From Betaproteobacteria bacterium (GTDB taxonomy: Bacteria; Pseudomonadota; Gammaproteobacteria; Burkholderiales; Burkholderiaceae_C): a DNA stretch of 64,000 nt. The first letter of the stretch is position 1. Every line of letters begins with the position of its first letter. Position numbers and translations under genes: made by a program. Of this stretch, positions 1 to 10,006 are shown in pieces. The notes under the pieces were generated by a model that saw only the letters and a program-made list of their open reading frames with translations, did no database searches and had not been told where the DNA came from. The stretch is from positions 6,394-70,393 of the forward strand of contig JANPHI010000342.1 in NCBI GenBank assembly GCA_031424355.1, in the 5' to 3' direction.

Positions 1-986
1 TTGATGGGTCCGCACGACACCTTCACTGCCTCCATCACCGCCACCCACTCATCGGTGCTGCGCGTCACGGTGATCTCGCTGATCAGTGCGACCAACGCGT
101 CGCGGTGGCGCACGCGCTGCGGGTTCGTCTCGAAGCGCTCGTCGTGCACCCATTCCGGGCGCCCGAGGGCGGTGCTGAAGGCGGCGAACTGGCCATCGTT
201 GCCGACGGTGACGATCATGTGGCCATCGCCCGTCGGGAAGTCCTGGTAGGGCACGATGTTGGGATGCGCATTGCCCATGCGCTGCGGCACCTGACCTCCG
301 ACAAGGAAGTTCGAGGCTTGGTTGGCCAGCATGGCCACCTGGACATCCAGCAGGGCCAGGTCGATGTGCTGCCCTTCTCCGCTGGCCTGCCGCCGCTGCA
401 GCGCGGCCAGCACGGCCACGGTAGCGTAGAGCCCCGTCATCACGTCGGTGAGCGCCACGCCCGCCTTCAGCGGCCCGCCTCCGGGCTCGCCATCGGGCCG
501 TCCCGTGATGCTCATCAACCCGCCCATCCCCTGCATCAGGAAGGCGTAGCCCGGCCGCTCGGCATAGGGGCCGGTCTGGCCGAAGCCCGTGATGGAGCAG
601 TAGATCAGGCGCGGGTTCGATGCCTTGACGCTTTCGAAGTCCAGCCCGTACTGGGACAGACCGCCGACCTTGAAGTTCTCGATCAGCACATCGGCGCGCA
701 GCACCAGTTCGCGAACCAGTCGCTGGCCTTCGGGTTGGCCGATGTCCACGGTCAGCGAACGCTTGGTGCGGTTGGCGCTGACGAAGTAGGCCGATTCGTC
801 GCTGGCGCTGCCGTCGTCGCGCGCCAGCCAGGGCGGGCCTCAGGTGCGGGTGTCGTCGCCGCTGCCCGGGCGCTCGACCTTGACGACGTCAGCCCCCAGG
901 TCGGCGAGCAGCTGGCTGCTCCAGGGGCCGGCCAGCACGCGCGACAGGTCGAGCACGCGCAGGCCATCGAGGGCGGTGTCTGCCAT
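1..986 (-). pseudogene. CaiB/BaiF (family III) CoA-transferase with in-frame TGA at codon 49; 3' end outside window
   Basis: Manual translation from ATG 986: [53 protein letters not shown]...SAYFVSANRTKRS...ENFKVG...YCSITGFGQTGPY. TGA at 842-840 replaces the conserved Trp, and GYAF stands where the catalytic GYD motif is expected. Confidence 0.85.
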
Positions 987-990
987 GGTG

Positions 991-2178
991 TCAGAAGGCC
1001 GCGATGCCGGTGATCGCGCGCCCCAGGATCAGCGCGTGAACGTCGTGCGTGCCTTCGTAGGTGTTGACCACCTCGAGGTTGACGAGGTGACGCGCCACGC
1101 CGAACTCGTCACTGATGCCGTTGCCGCCCAGCATGTCGCGTGCCACACGAGCGATGTCGAGCGCCTTGCCGCAGGAATTGCGTTTCATGATGGAGGTGAT
1201 CTCGACCGCCGCCGTGCCTTCATCCTTCATGCGGCCCAGGCGCAGGCAGCCTTGCAGGCCGAGCGTGATGTCGGTCAGCATGTCGGCCAACTTCTTCTGG
1301 ATGAGCTGGTTGGCGGCCAGTGACTTGCCGAACTGCTTGCGGTCCAGCACGTATTGCCGCGCGGTGTGGAAGCAGTCCTCGGCCGCACCCAGCGCACCCC
1401 AGGCTATGCCGTAGCGCGCGCTGTTCAGGCAGGTGAATGGACCCTTCAGGCCGCGCACTTCAGGAAAGGCGTTCTCCTCGGGGCAGAACACCTCGTCCAT
1501 CACGATCTCGCCGGTGATGCTGGCGCGCAGGCCCACCTTGCCGTGGATGGCGGGTGCACTCAGACCCTTGGCACCCTTGTCGAGGATGAAGCCGCGGATT
1601 GAGCCTTCGTCATCCTTGGCCCAGACGACGAAGACGTCGGCGATCGGGCTGTTGGTGATCCACATCTTGGCGCCGCTCAGGCTGTAGCCGCCGGGCACCT
1701 TCTTTGCCCGCGTGATCATGCTGCCCGGGTCCGAGCCGTGGTTGGGCTCGGTGAGGCCAAAGCAGCCTATCCCCTCCCCGCTGGCCAGCTTGGGCAGGTA
1801 CTTCTGCTTCTGCGCCTCGGTGCCGAACTCGTTGATCGGCACCATCACGAGCGAGCTCTGCACGCTCATCATCGAACGGTAGCCAGAATCGACACGTTCG
1901 ACCTCGCGGGCGACGAGTCCGTAGCAGACGTAGTTCAGGCCGGAGCCGCCGTAGGCCTCGGGGATGGTGGCGCCGAGCAAGCCCAGCTCGCCCATCTCGC
2001 GGAATATGGCGGGGTCGGTCTGCTCATGTCGGAACGCTTCCAGCGTGCGCGGCGCCAGCTGGTCCTGGCAATAGGCGCGGGCCGAGTCGCGGACCATGCG
2101 CTCCTCGTCGCTGAGCTGGGCGTCGAGCAGCAGGGGGTCGTCCCAGTGGAACGAGGCATTCTTGGGATGAGAAGTCAT
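991..2178 (-). CDS. gcdH: Glutaryl-CoA dehydrogenase (acyl-CoA dehydrogenase family)
   Basis: [64 protein letters not shown] are typical GcdH motifs. Start taken at ATG 2178, just after the upstream stop. Confidence 0.93.
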   Translation of the reverse strand: MTSHPKNASFHWDDPLLLDAQLSDEERMVRDSARAYCQDQLAPRTLEAFRHEQTDPAIFREMGELGLLGATIPEAYGGSGLNYVCYGLVAREVERVDSGYRSMMSVQSSLVMVPINEFGTEAQKQKYLPKLASGEGIGCFGLTEPNHGSDPGSMITRAKKVPGGYSLSGAKMWITNSPIADVFVVWAKDDEGSIRGFILDKGAKGLSAPAIHGKVGLRASITGEIVMDEVFCPEENAFPEVRGLKGPFTCLNSARYGIAWGALGAAEDCFHTARQYVLDRKQFGKSLAANQLIQKKLADMLTDITLGLQGCLRLGRMKDEGTAAVEITSIMKRNSCGKALDIARVARDMLGGNGISDEFGVARHLVNLEVVNTYEGTHDVHALILGRAITGIAAF

Positions 2179-2183
2179 GGTGC

Positions 2184-3131
2184 TCACTCCGGGCGGAAGC
2201 CCGACTCGCGAATCTGCGCGCCCCAGTAGGTGGCGGCTTCCTGGGCCTGCACGGCCAGTTCCTTGCCGGGCACATAGCGCGGCACGAAACCCGCCGCGGC
2301 CATGCGGTCGGTGAACGCCGGGACCTGCATCACATCGCGGATCGCGTTCTGCATCGCCAGCAACTTGTCGGCAGGCACCTTGGCGTGCGCATAGACGGCG
2401 ACCCAGCTCGGCGGGCCCAGCTTGACGCCACTGTCGGCAAAGAGCGCCACCTCGGGCGCCCAGCTCAGCCGCTGCACCGTGGCCAGGAAGCGCAACTTGC
2501 CGCTCTTGCGCTGCTCCATCATCTCTCGACAAGGCCCCATCGCGGCCGGAAGGTGGCCGGCAACCAAATCGGTGACCATCGGAGCCGCGCCGCGGTAGGG
2601 CACGGCGTTCAGTGCCACGCCCGCCGTCTTGCCCATGACATAGCCGTAGAACTGCGGCAGGGAGCCCAGAGCCGGAATGCCATAGGTGGCGATCTTCGGA
2701 TCCTTGCGTGCCTGGGCAAGGTAGTCCGTCAACGTGGCGGCTGAGACCGCGGCCGAGTTGACAACGAAGCAGATGTCGAAGGTGTTCAGGCCGGCGACCG
2801 GCACGAAGTCATGCAGTGGGTCGTAGTTCGCCGACTTCATGGTCATCGGCGCGATGAGCAACTGATCCGACGTGACGAGGAACGTCGATCCATCGGCCGG
2901 TGCGTTCTTCAGCGCCTGTGCTGCGATGACTCCCCCGGCGCCGGGCCGGTTTTCAACGATGACCGTGGCGCCGAGCTTGGCCTGAAGGGCATCGGCCAAC
3001 GCGCGTGCCACCACATCGCCGCCGCCGCCGGGCTGGTAGCCAGCCAGCAGTTTGATCACCGCCGGGCTCTGCGCACCGGCGGGCGCCCCCGCCAGCGCCA
3101 GCAAGGTTGTCAAGATGGTGAGCTTCTTCAT
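2184..3131 (-). CDS. Bug/TctC tripartite tricarboxylate transporter substrate-binding protein
   Basis: Signal peptide; [35 protein letters not shown] motifs. Confidence 0.9.
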   Translation of the reverse strand: MKKLTILTTLLALAGAPAGAQSPAVIKLLAGYQPGGGGDVVARALADALQAKLGATVIVENRPGAGGVIAAQALKNAPADGSTFLVTSDQLLIAPMTMKSANYDPLHDFVPVAGLNTFDICFVVNSAAVSAATLTDYLAQARKDPKIATYGIPALGSLPQFYGYVMGKTAGVALNAVPYRGAAPMVTDLVAGHLPAAMGPCREMMEQRKSGKLRFLATVQRLSWAPEVALFADSGVKLGPPSWVAVYAHAKVPADKLLAMQNAIRDVMQVPAFTDRMAAAGFVPRYVPGKELAVQAQEAATYWGAQIRESGFRPE

Positions 3132-3970
3132 GCGAGATCCACAGACAGGAATGAAATGACGTTGCGGTTGAATTCTTCCGCCTTCTCGAACGGCACCCAG
3201 AGGCCGCAGCGCCCGTGGATGTGCACGCGCACGTTCGGAATGCGGTTGAGCATGAACAGTGCGTGGTCGTAGCCCAGCGTGGGGTTGTCACGACCCCAGA
3301 TCACCAAGGTCTCGGCCTGGATGTGGTGCAGTTCCTGCCACAGCGCCTCGATGCTCTGCCCCGGCTTGCCGCCCTTGCCCTCGGGCGCCTGCGCCATGAA
3401 GGCAGGATCGATGCTGGCTTCGTAACGTTCGCGCACGATGTCGTCGGTGATCAGGGTCTTGTCGTAGACCAGGCGCTCGAGGTTGGCACGCATGCGCGCC
3501 ATGCTGGGACCTTCGCCACCGTAGTAGTTGTGCGTTGCCGGCACCGCCTGTCCGGCCTGGAACACCGACAGGCCGCCGGGCGAATTCACGACGATGAGCC
3601 GGTCGACCTGCGGCGCATGTTCCAGCGCCATCTTGATGGCCACCGCACCGCCTGTGGCCAGGCCCAGCACATGCGCCTTGGAGATGTCCAGCGCCTGCAG
3701 CATCTCGCTGAAGACCCGGGCATAGAAGGCTGTGCGGGCGCCTTCGATCACCGGCTTGTCGGACAGGCCGTAACCGGGCAGATCCACGATGAGGGTGCGG
3801 AAGTGCTGCGACAGGGCGGCGAGGTTGCGGCCGAAGTTGCCCCAGCCGAACGCACCCGGCGCGCCGCCGTGGATGCACAGCAGTACCGGGCCGCTTCCCG
3901 CCTCGTGGTAGTGGATCCTGACGTCACCGGCCTGCACGAAGCGGCTGGTACTTTCACGTGTCAGTGTCAT
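3128..3970 (-). CDS. Alpha/beta hydrolase of meta-cleavage product (BphD/MhpC/HsaD-like) type, lacking catalytic Ser and His
   Basis: HGGAPGAFGWGNF, DLPGYGLSDKP and WGRD motifs are present. The nucleophile elbow reads GLATGG and the His motif reads CGLW. Confidence 0.85.
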   Translation of the reverse strand: MTLTRESTSRFVQAGDVRIHYHEAGSGPVLLCIHGGAPGAFGWGNFGRNLAALSQHFRTLIVDLPGYGLSDKPVIEGARTAFYARVFSEMLQALDISKAHVLGLATGGAVAIKMALEHAPQVDRLIVVNSPGGLSVFQAGQAVPATHNYYGGEGPSMARMRANLERLVYDKTLITDDIVRERYEASIDPAFMAQAPEGKGGKPGQSIEALWQELHHIQAETLVIWGRDNPTLGYDHALFMLNRIPNVRVHIHGRCGLWVPFEKAEEFNRNVISFLSVDLA

Positions 3971-4821
3971 GTCGTCGCCGCGGCGCGGCCTCCGGTTGAT
4001 GGCGCCGGTCCGGCCGCGTGGAAGCGGCCCGCCAAACCGCGCGCCGCCTGGGCCAGCAAGAGAATGTCCACGCCCACCGCCGGGAAAGTCACCCCGGCCT
4101 CGATCCATTGCCTGGCCTGGTCTTCCTGCGTCGCCAGGATGCCGGGCGCCTTGCCGGCCTGCAGGATGCGCTTGACCGCATCGCGCATCGCCGCGACGAC
4201 CTCGGGATGGCTGCTCTGGCCGCGGTGGCCCATCGACGCGGCCAGGTCGGCCGGACCGATGAAGACCCCATCGACGCCGGGCGTGGCGGCGATGGCATCG
4301 ATCTGCGCCAGTGCCGCCTGCGTTTCCACCTGCACCAGCAGGCACATCTGATCATTGGCTTCGTCTACGTAGTTCGGGTAGCCCGTCCAGCGCGAGGAGC
4401 GCGCCAGGCCACTGCCCATGCCGCGAATGCCGTGAGGCGGGTAGCGCATCGCCTGCACCATCTGCAAGGCCTGATCGGGCGTGTCGATCATCGGAATCAA
4501 CAGTGTCTGCACACCCAGTTCCAGCACCTGCTTCACCAGCACGGGGTCGGCGGTCGGCAGGCGCATCACCGGGTGCGGCGCGGGGGCGCCGGCGGGCAGA
4601 CGGCTGGTAGCGCTGGCGATGGCCTGCAACTGGCTCAGGGCGCTGCGCAAGTCGTTGGGGGCATGTTCGCCGTCGATCAGCAGCCAGTCGAAGCCGGTAC
4701 CGGCCAGCATCTCGCCGACGTACGCGTCGGCCGTGGCCAGCCACAAGCCGATCTGTGCCTGGCCGCGACTGAGCGCCTGCTTGAACCCGTTGACGGGTAG
4801 TGCGGTGCCGAGGCTCGACAT
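3967..4821 (-). CDS. hpaI: HpcH/HpaI class II aldolase (4-hydroxy-2-oxoheptanedioate aldolase-like)
   Basis: GFDWLLIDGEHAPND, RYPPHGIRG, QVET, GVDGVFIGPADL. Confidence 0.9.
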   Translation of the reverse strand: MSSLGTALPVNGFKQALSRGQAQIGLWLATADAYVGEMLAGTGFDWLLIDGEHAPNDLRSALSQLQAIASATSRLPAGAPAPHPVMRLPTADPVLVKQVLELGVQTLLIPMIDTPDQALQMVQAMRYPPHGIRGMGSGLARSSRWTGYPNYVDEANDQMCLLVQVETQAALAQIDAIAATPGVDGVFIGPADLAASMGHRGQSSHPEVVAAMRDAVKRILQAGKAPGILATQEDQARQWIEAGVTFPAVGVDILLLAQAARGLAGRFHAAGPAPSTGGRAAATT

Positions 4822-4832
4822 GGCGGGCTCCT

Positions 4833-5729
4833 TCACAGGCCTTGAAGAAAGCGCAGGCTGGCCGCATTGAAGGCCTCGGGCTGCTCATACTGCGCCCAGT
4901 GGTCGCAACCCGGGATCTCGACCAGCTGAACCTGGGGCGCCGTCTTCGCGATCGCGTAGGCATTGCCGAGGAACATGTTCGGCGCGTCCACCGCGGCGAA
5001 GACCTGGATCGGCAGCGTCAGCGAACGCCACTGCGCCGAACTGAGCGCCTGGCCGCCGAGCGTGAACGCCAGCAGGCGCGGCATCGCGGCCTTCATGCGC
5101 GGGTCCTGGTAGATGGCCAGGCGGATGGCTATCAGGTCGTCTGCCAACTTTGTCGGGTCGAGGACCAGACCCTTCATCGCAGCGGCCACGGTGTCCCAAC
5201 TGGGGTCGGTGGCCGCGGCAGAGCGGCGTTTGCGGACGCCCTCGGCCACACGCGCCTCTTCCTCCGGGTCGGTGACGATGCCGGCCGGGGCCACCATCAC
5301 GAGCCCGGTGACGCGGTCGGGATGCGCCAGCGCCAGTGCCGCGCCGACCCAGGAGCCGAGCGACACGCCGACCACGGCGGCGCGTGAAATGCCCAGCGCC
5401 TCCATCACGGCGTTGGCGTGCTCGGCGTAGTCCTTGATCAGATAGTCGTGTTCCGGCTTGTCGGTCAGGCCGCAGCCGAGCATGTCGATGCCGATGACGC
5501 GGAAGTGCTGGGCGTAGCCAGCATAGTTGGCGCAGAAATTCTCCAAGCTGCCGGCCGTGCCGTGCAGCAGCAGCACTGCGGGTGCATCGGCTGCGCCGGC
5601 CTCCAGGTAGCGCGTCTTCACGCCGCGCGCTTCCACCCAGCCAAGCCGGTGGGGCGTTGCGAACAACTGTTGCCAGATGCTCGGCAGGCGTGTGCCGGGT
5701 GGGTTCATGGCGGGCATGGTTTGCGTCAC
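4833..5729 (-). CDS. Alpha/beta hydrolase, meta-cleavage product hydrolase-like, catalytic motifs intact
   Basis: LLLHGTAG, DMLGCGLTDKP, GVSLG nucleophile, CDHWAQYE. Start is GTG 5729 (GTGA overlap with the upstream stop) or ATG 5717. Confidence 0.85.
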   Translation of the reverse strand: MTQTMPAMNPPGTRLPSIWQQLFATPHRLGWVEARGVKTRYLEAGAADAPAVLLLHGTAGSLENFCANYAGYAQHFRVIGIDMLGCGLTDKPEHDYLIKDYAEHANAVMEALGISRAAVVGVSLGSWVGAALALAHPDRVTGLVMVAPAGIVTDPEEEARVAEGVRKRRSAAATDPSWDTVAAAMKGLVLDPTKLADDLIAIRLAIYQDPRMKAAMPRLLAFTLGGQALSSAQWRSLTLPIQVFAAVDAPNMFLGNAYAIAKTAPQVQLVEIPGCDHWAQYEQPEAFNAASLRFLQGL

Positions 5730-6262
5730 GACAACATCCTTTCGCGCATCTGCGCCATCCACTGTTCGCGCGGCAGCGCGCTGGGTTCGGCCTGGACCTC
5801 GCGCTCGACACGGGCATGGATCTCGTCGTCGGGAAGGCTCAGGTCCAGCGCCTTGCCCATGGGCTGACGCACGTACCACGGGGTGTGGCAATAGATCTCG
5901 ATCTGGTTGCCGTCGGGGTCGAGGATGTAGCAGCTCAAGGCATTGCCATGGCTCTTGACCATGGTGACCGTCACATCCTCGTCGATGGCCTTGCGGTGGT
6001 AGGCCTTGAGCGTCGTCAGGTCCGCCACCAGGAACGAGAGTTGGTTGATGGTGGGCTTGCTCCCAAGCTCGCGCCCTGCAACGAACACCAGTTGATGGTG
6101 TTCGCTCGGGTCGGCGCTCAGAAAGGCGCCCTTGCCGGAAGAGCCCACGCCACCATCGGTCACGGTCAGGCCGAACCAGCGCCGGTAGAAGTCGACCATC
6201 GCTTCGAGTTCGAAGACGTAGAGGCCGACATGTTTGAACGATGCCTTGAGTGCAATGGTCAC
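5726..6262 (-). CDS. Single-domain VOC (glyoxalase/extradiol dioxygenase) family protein
   Basis: FKHVGL, EHHQL, SHGNALSCYILDPDGNQIE. Confidence 0.85.
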   Translation of the reverse strand: MTIALKASFKHVGLYVFELEAMVDFYRRWFGLTVTDGGVGSSGKGAFLSADPSEHHQLVFVAGRELGSKPTINQLSFLVADLTTLKAYHRKAIDEDVTVTMVKSHGNALSCYILDPDGNQIEIYCHTPWYVRQPMGKALDLSLPDDEIHARVEREVQAEPSALPREQWMAQMRERMLS

Positions 6263-6296
6263 AAAGCCTCTCCTCGATTCAAGTCGGGTCCGGTGT

Positions 6297-7376
6297 TCAG
6301 AACAGGTGGCGGATGCCCAGGCCCACCTGGTTCTGCTTGCCGTCGCTGGAGTTCGTCACACCCATGCTCGCCTTGCCGCCGTTCTCGACATCCTGGTCGG
6401 CCCAGAATCCATACAGGCTGGTGCGTTTGCTCAGGAAATAGATCGCGGACAGGTTGAACTGGCGCAGATCCTGGTTGGCGGTGGTCTTGTCGTTCATCTT
6501 CTGAAAGCCGGCCGCCAGGATCCAGGCATTCACCGGTACCGATACCAGGATGGAGAACACGTCAGCCTCGTTGCCACGCACGTTCTTGCCGTTCTTCTCG
6601 TTGGTGAAGATCGCTGCGACCGTGGCTGACTGGAAGCCATACTCGGCGCCGACGGCCAGCACCTTGTCGGTGTCCTGCGTCGCCGTGCAGCCGGTGACCG
6701 CGGGGCAGTTGATGCTCAAGTAGGACACGACGCCCTTGATCGGCCCCTGGCTGTAGCCGACGCCGACCGAACTCAGGTTGCCGGCCGACGACGCGCCGGC
6801 CACTTCGCCAAGCGCCACCATCGCGTTGGCCTTGAAGCCGGACACCGTCGGCGAGGTGTACTTCACCGAGTTCGCATAGCGCGTACCGCCAATGGTGTTG
6901 TTGAAGCGTCCGGCGGATGAGCCAGGCAGCGCGATGCCGTCGACCGCACCGCCGGCAACGCCGAAGGTCGGCGCACCGCTCATCAGGATCAAGTGGTCGT
7001 AGATCGGCGTGTACTGGAAGCCCGCGGTGACCGTGCCCCATTGGCGCGAACTGAGCCCGACGAAGGCCTGCCGATTCCAGAATACCGTGGCCGAAGTCGG
7101 TGTGCCTGCATCGAGGTTCAGGCCATGTTCGAGCACAAACATCGCGGACAGACCATCACCCAGGTCTTCCCGGCCCCGAAAGCCGACGCGTGAGGACTGC
7201 AGAGAACCGCTGTTCATCGAACGCAGTTGGACCCCGTTCAGATTGCTATTGCGGACGAGGGCGACATCGGCAACGCCATACGCCGTCACACTGCTATCGC
7301 CTTTTCCGCCGTTCTGGGCCAAGGCGGGCGCGGCCAGGGTGGCCATCGCGCACAGCGCGACGAGATGCTTGTTCAT
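6297..7376 (-). CDS. Gram-negative porin
   Basis: Signal peptide; SSVTAYGVAD, SRVGFRGREDLGDGL, NRQAFVGL, YFLSKRT, terminal RHLF. Confidence 0.92.
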   Translation of the reverse strand: MNKHLVALCAMATLAAPALAQNGGKGDSSVTAYGVADVALVRNSNLNGVQLRSMNSGSLQSSRVGFRGREDLGDGLSAMFVLEHGLNLDAGTPTSATVFWNRQAFVGLSSRQWGTVTAGFQYTPIYDHLILMSGAPTFGVAGGAVDGIALPGSSAGRFNNTIGGTRYANSVKYTSPTVSGFKANAMVALGEVAGASSAGNLSSVGVGYSQGPIKGVVSYLSINCPAVTGCTATQDTDKVLAVGAEYGFQSATVAAIFTNEKNGKNVRGNEADVFSILVSVPVNAWILAAGFQKMNDKTTANQDLRQFNLSAIYFLSKRTSLYGFWADQDVENGGKASMGVTNSSDGKQNQVGLGIRHLF

Positions 7377-7449
7377 GTTCAGGTCCTTTGGGAGGCTATG
7401 GATGGGCGGATCGTCCGCAGGGATTTCGCAAGACGCGCGCTCGCGTCGT

Positions 7450-8004
7450 TCAATTGGCGTTGCGCTGCGCGTCTATTCGTGTCTGCATGAGGGCCATCCA
7501 GGCTTCGCGCGTCATGAAGCTCGGGCTTTGGCGGGCCGAGGCCTCGGTGCGTTCGCGGATGGCTTGCGCCGACTCCGTGAGCAGATCCAGCGGCCACCAG
7601 ATCGGCTGGCTGACATACCAGGGCGACGGCGTGTAGATCTCGATGCGGTTGCCCTCCGGGTCCCCGACGTAGACGCTCCAGGTGTTGCCGTGGTCCTTCT
7701 GCTGCAGGATGGGCACCCCGGCTGCGGCGAATGCCTTCGCCATGCGCTGGAGGTCCTCCAGGCTGTCGACGAGGAACGAGATCTGGTTCATCCCCGGTGT
7801 ATCGGGCTGGCGCTGGTTGGCAATGGCGAGTTGGTGGTGTTCGTTAGGATCACCGCTCATGAAGACGACCTCATGCCCGGTCGAGCCGATGCCGTGATCC
7901 GTGATCACCATGCTGAACCAGCGCCCGTAGAACGCCGCCAGCTCGGTCGGGTTGAATGCATAGATGCCCAGGTGGCGCAGCTTGGGTTGTGGGAATTCGG
8001 TCAT
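7450..8004 (-). CDS. Single-domain VOC family protein (paralogue of 5726-6262)
   Basis: LRHLGI, EHHQL, DHGNTWSVYVGDPEGNRIE, PWYVSQP. Confidence 0.85.
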   Translation of the reverse strand: MTEFPQPKLRHLGIYAFNPTELAAFYGRWFSMVITDHGIGSTGHEVVFMSGDPNEHHQLAIANQRQPDTPGMNQISFLVDSLEDLQRMAKAFAAAGVPILQQKDHGNTWSVYVGDPEGNRIEIYTPSPWYVSQPIWWPLDLLTESAQAIRERTEASARQSPSFMTREAWMALMQTRIDAQRNAN

Positions 8005-8061
8005 GGCGGTGCCTTGCAGCAATAGGGGAACTTGAGGTAGCGCGACTCGGCGTCGACCCGT

Positions 8062-8862
8062 TCAGACGAAGCGGAATGCGATCGAGCCGAGCGGCCCGAA
8101 GTCGGCGTGAAAGCTGTCGCCCGCGGCCGCAGGGACCGGGCGTGTGAACGAGCCGGCCAGAACCACTTCGCCAGCCGCGAGGAATTCGCCCCAGGGCGCC
8201 AGCTTGTTCGCCAACCAGGCCACGCCGTTGGCCGGGTGGTTGAGCACCGCGGCGGCCACACCGGATTCCTCAACCACAGCGTTCTTGTGCAGCAGTGCGC
8301 CGACCCAGCGGAGGTCCACGGCGTCGGGCCGCACCGGGCGGCCGCCCAGCACGATGCCGGCATTGGCCGCGTTGTCCGAGATCGTGTCGAAGACCTTGCG
8401 CGGCGCCTTGGTGATGCGATCAATCGGTTCGACGCGCGAATCGATGATCTCGATGGCAGGCGTCACGTATTCCGTGGCTGCCAGCACGTCGAACAGCGTC
8501 ACGTTCGGGCCCCGCAGCGGCCGCGCCAGGATGAAGGCCAGTTCGACCTCGACACGCGGTGCAATGAAGCGGTCGAAGGGGATGTCGCCTTGCGAAAAGA
8601 ACATGCTGTCCAGCAACGTGCCGAAATCGGGCTCGCTGATCTGGCTGCTGACCTGCATGGCACGCGAGGTCAGCCCGATCTTGTGACCCCGGACGACTTG
8701 CCCCTCGGCGGTCTTGATCGCCACCCAGGCGCGCGAGATCGCATAGCCATCCTCGATGGTCATGTCAGGGTGCAGCTTGGAGAACTGCTCCACCATTTCT
8801 CGGCTGCGCTCGCTGGCGTGCAAGCGGGCTGCCAGTTGCTGGATGGTCTCGGGTGTCAACAT
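8062..8862 (-). CDS. hpaH: 2-oxo-hept-4-ene-1,7-dioate hydratase (HpaH/HpcG, FAH family)
   Basis: [55 protein letters not shown]. Confidence 0.93.
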   Translation of the reverse strand: MLTPETIQQLAARLHASERSREMVEQFSKLHPDMTIEDGYAISRAWVAIKTAEGQVVRGHKIGLTSRAMQVSSQISEPDFGTLLDSMFFSQGDIPFDRFIAPRVEVELAFILARPLRGPNVTLFDVLAATEYVTPAIEIIDSRVEPIDRITKAPRKVFDTISDNAANAGIVLGGRPVRPDAVDLRWVGALLHKNAVVEESGVAAAVLNHPANGVAWLANKLAPWGEFLAAGEVVLAGSFTRPVPAAAGDSFHADFGPLGSIAFRFV

Positions 8863-8874
8863 AAAGCCTCCGAG

Positions 8875-9840
8875 TCATTCGGGCTGGATGCCGACCGCGG
8901 CGGCGATGGCTGTCCAGTCGGCGATGTCGCTCTGAACCCGCTGACCCAACTGTTCCGGCGTGGAGGCGACCGGCTCAAAGTGCACCGCGGCCATGCGCTT
9001 GCTGACCTCCGGGGACTTGATCACGGCCACGAGGTCGGCGTTCAACCTGGAGACCGTGTCGCCATGGGTGCCTGAATGGACGAAGATGCCCATCCAGTTG
9101 CTGCGGATCTTCGGCAGGCCGAGTTCGTTGAACGTGGGCGCATCCGGATAGACGGCCGACCGGGTTTCACCCGTGACGCCGAACACCTTGAGCTTGCCTT
9201 CCTTGACGAAGGCCTCGGTGGTGGCCTCGGCCTGCAGGCCAAGTTGAACCTCGTTGGCAACCAGCGCGGTGATGATCAGCGCGGCGCCCTTGTACTGGAT
9301 GTGCTCGACCTTGATCCCGGTGGCCCGTTTCAGGATTTCGAAATCCAGCAGAACATCGCCGGGGCCGGTCGTGGCGTAGTTCAGCTTGCCGGGGTGGGCC
9401 TTGGCATAGCCCACCATCTCGGAGAAGTTCGTCGCCGGAAGTGCCTGTGCGGCCACCAGCGCGAGCCGCCCGGTGGCTACCAGCGTGACCGGCTTCAGGC
9501 CCTCGGGAACCGGCAACAGCGGCTTCTTGACGAAGATCTTCTGTGCCGGCCAGGCCGGCGTGTACATCAGCAGGGTGTTGCCGTCGGCAGGCGAATCGGC
9601 GATCGACCTGGCGCCGATCATGCCGGCGGCCCCGGCCTTGTTGTCGATGATCACGGTTTGCTTGATGCGCCGGCCAAGGTGTTCGCCGATCAGCCGCGCC
9701 AGCATGTCGGGGCTGGACCCCGCCGGGTAGGGCACCACGAACCTCACGGGCCGCGTCGGGTAGTCCTGTGCTTTGCCCGCGAGAGGTAGCGCCAGCAGGG
9801 CGAGGATCAGGCCGCAGCGAAAGGTCAGGGTCTTGTTCAT
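8875..9840 (-). CDS. Bug/TctC substrate-binding protein
   Basis: YPTRPVRFVVPYPAGSSPD, DNKAGAAG, PGKLNY. Start ATG 9840 gives a signal peptide. Confidence 0.9.
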   Translation of the reverse strand: MNKTLTFRCGLILALLALPLAGKAQDYPTRPVRFVVPYPAGSSPDMLARLIGEHLGRRIKQTVIIDNKAGAAGMIGARSIADSPADGNTLLMYTPAWPAQKIFVKKPLLPVPEGLKPVTLVATGRLALVAAQALPATNFSEMVGYAKAHPGKLNYATTGPGDVLLDFEILKRATGIKVEHIQYKGAALIITALVANEVQLGLQAEATTEAFVKEGKLKVFGVTGETRSAVYPDAPTFNELGLPKIRSNWMGIFVHSGTHGDTVSRLNADLVAVIKSPEVSKRMAAVHFEPVASTPEQLGQRVQSDIADWTAIAAAVGIQPE

Positions 9841-9936
9841 GCGGTAAGTTCGGTGAGCCGTTCGTTTGGGGCGAGGGCCGTCGGTGGGCGAGCTCGAATG
9901 GGGCGATTCTTCGATCGCAGGGTCGAAGCTGATACC

Positions 9937-9956
9937 CTGTTCACTGCATGAAACAG
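9937..9956. promoter_or_regulatory. Putative IclR/MhpR-type operator for the leftward catabolic operon
   Basis: CTGTTCACTGCATGAAACAG matches the reverse complement of the 10941-10960 site at 16/20 positions; about 97 nt upstream of ATG 9840. Confidence 0.6.
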
Positions 9957-10006
9957 CGCGGGTGGGAAAACCCACGCTGCGGCAGTCGGCACCGAGGCAC
10001 TCGCCA

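Noticed and set aside
840-842. TGA as Trp recoding or selenocysteine
   Set aside because: TGA ends many genes in the window, the position is a conserved Trp rather than Cys, and the catalytic Asp is also lost
2179-2532. N-terminal extension of gcdH (513-aa ORF); similar extensions at 3128-4345, 11588-13327 and 37493-38563
   Set aside because: They overlap upstream genes in another frame, a high-GC artefact. In the EpsA-GspG ORF, by contrast, both halves are recognisable domains with no competing gene.
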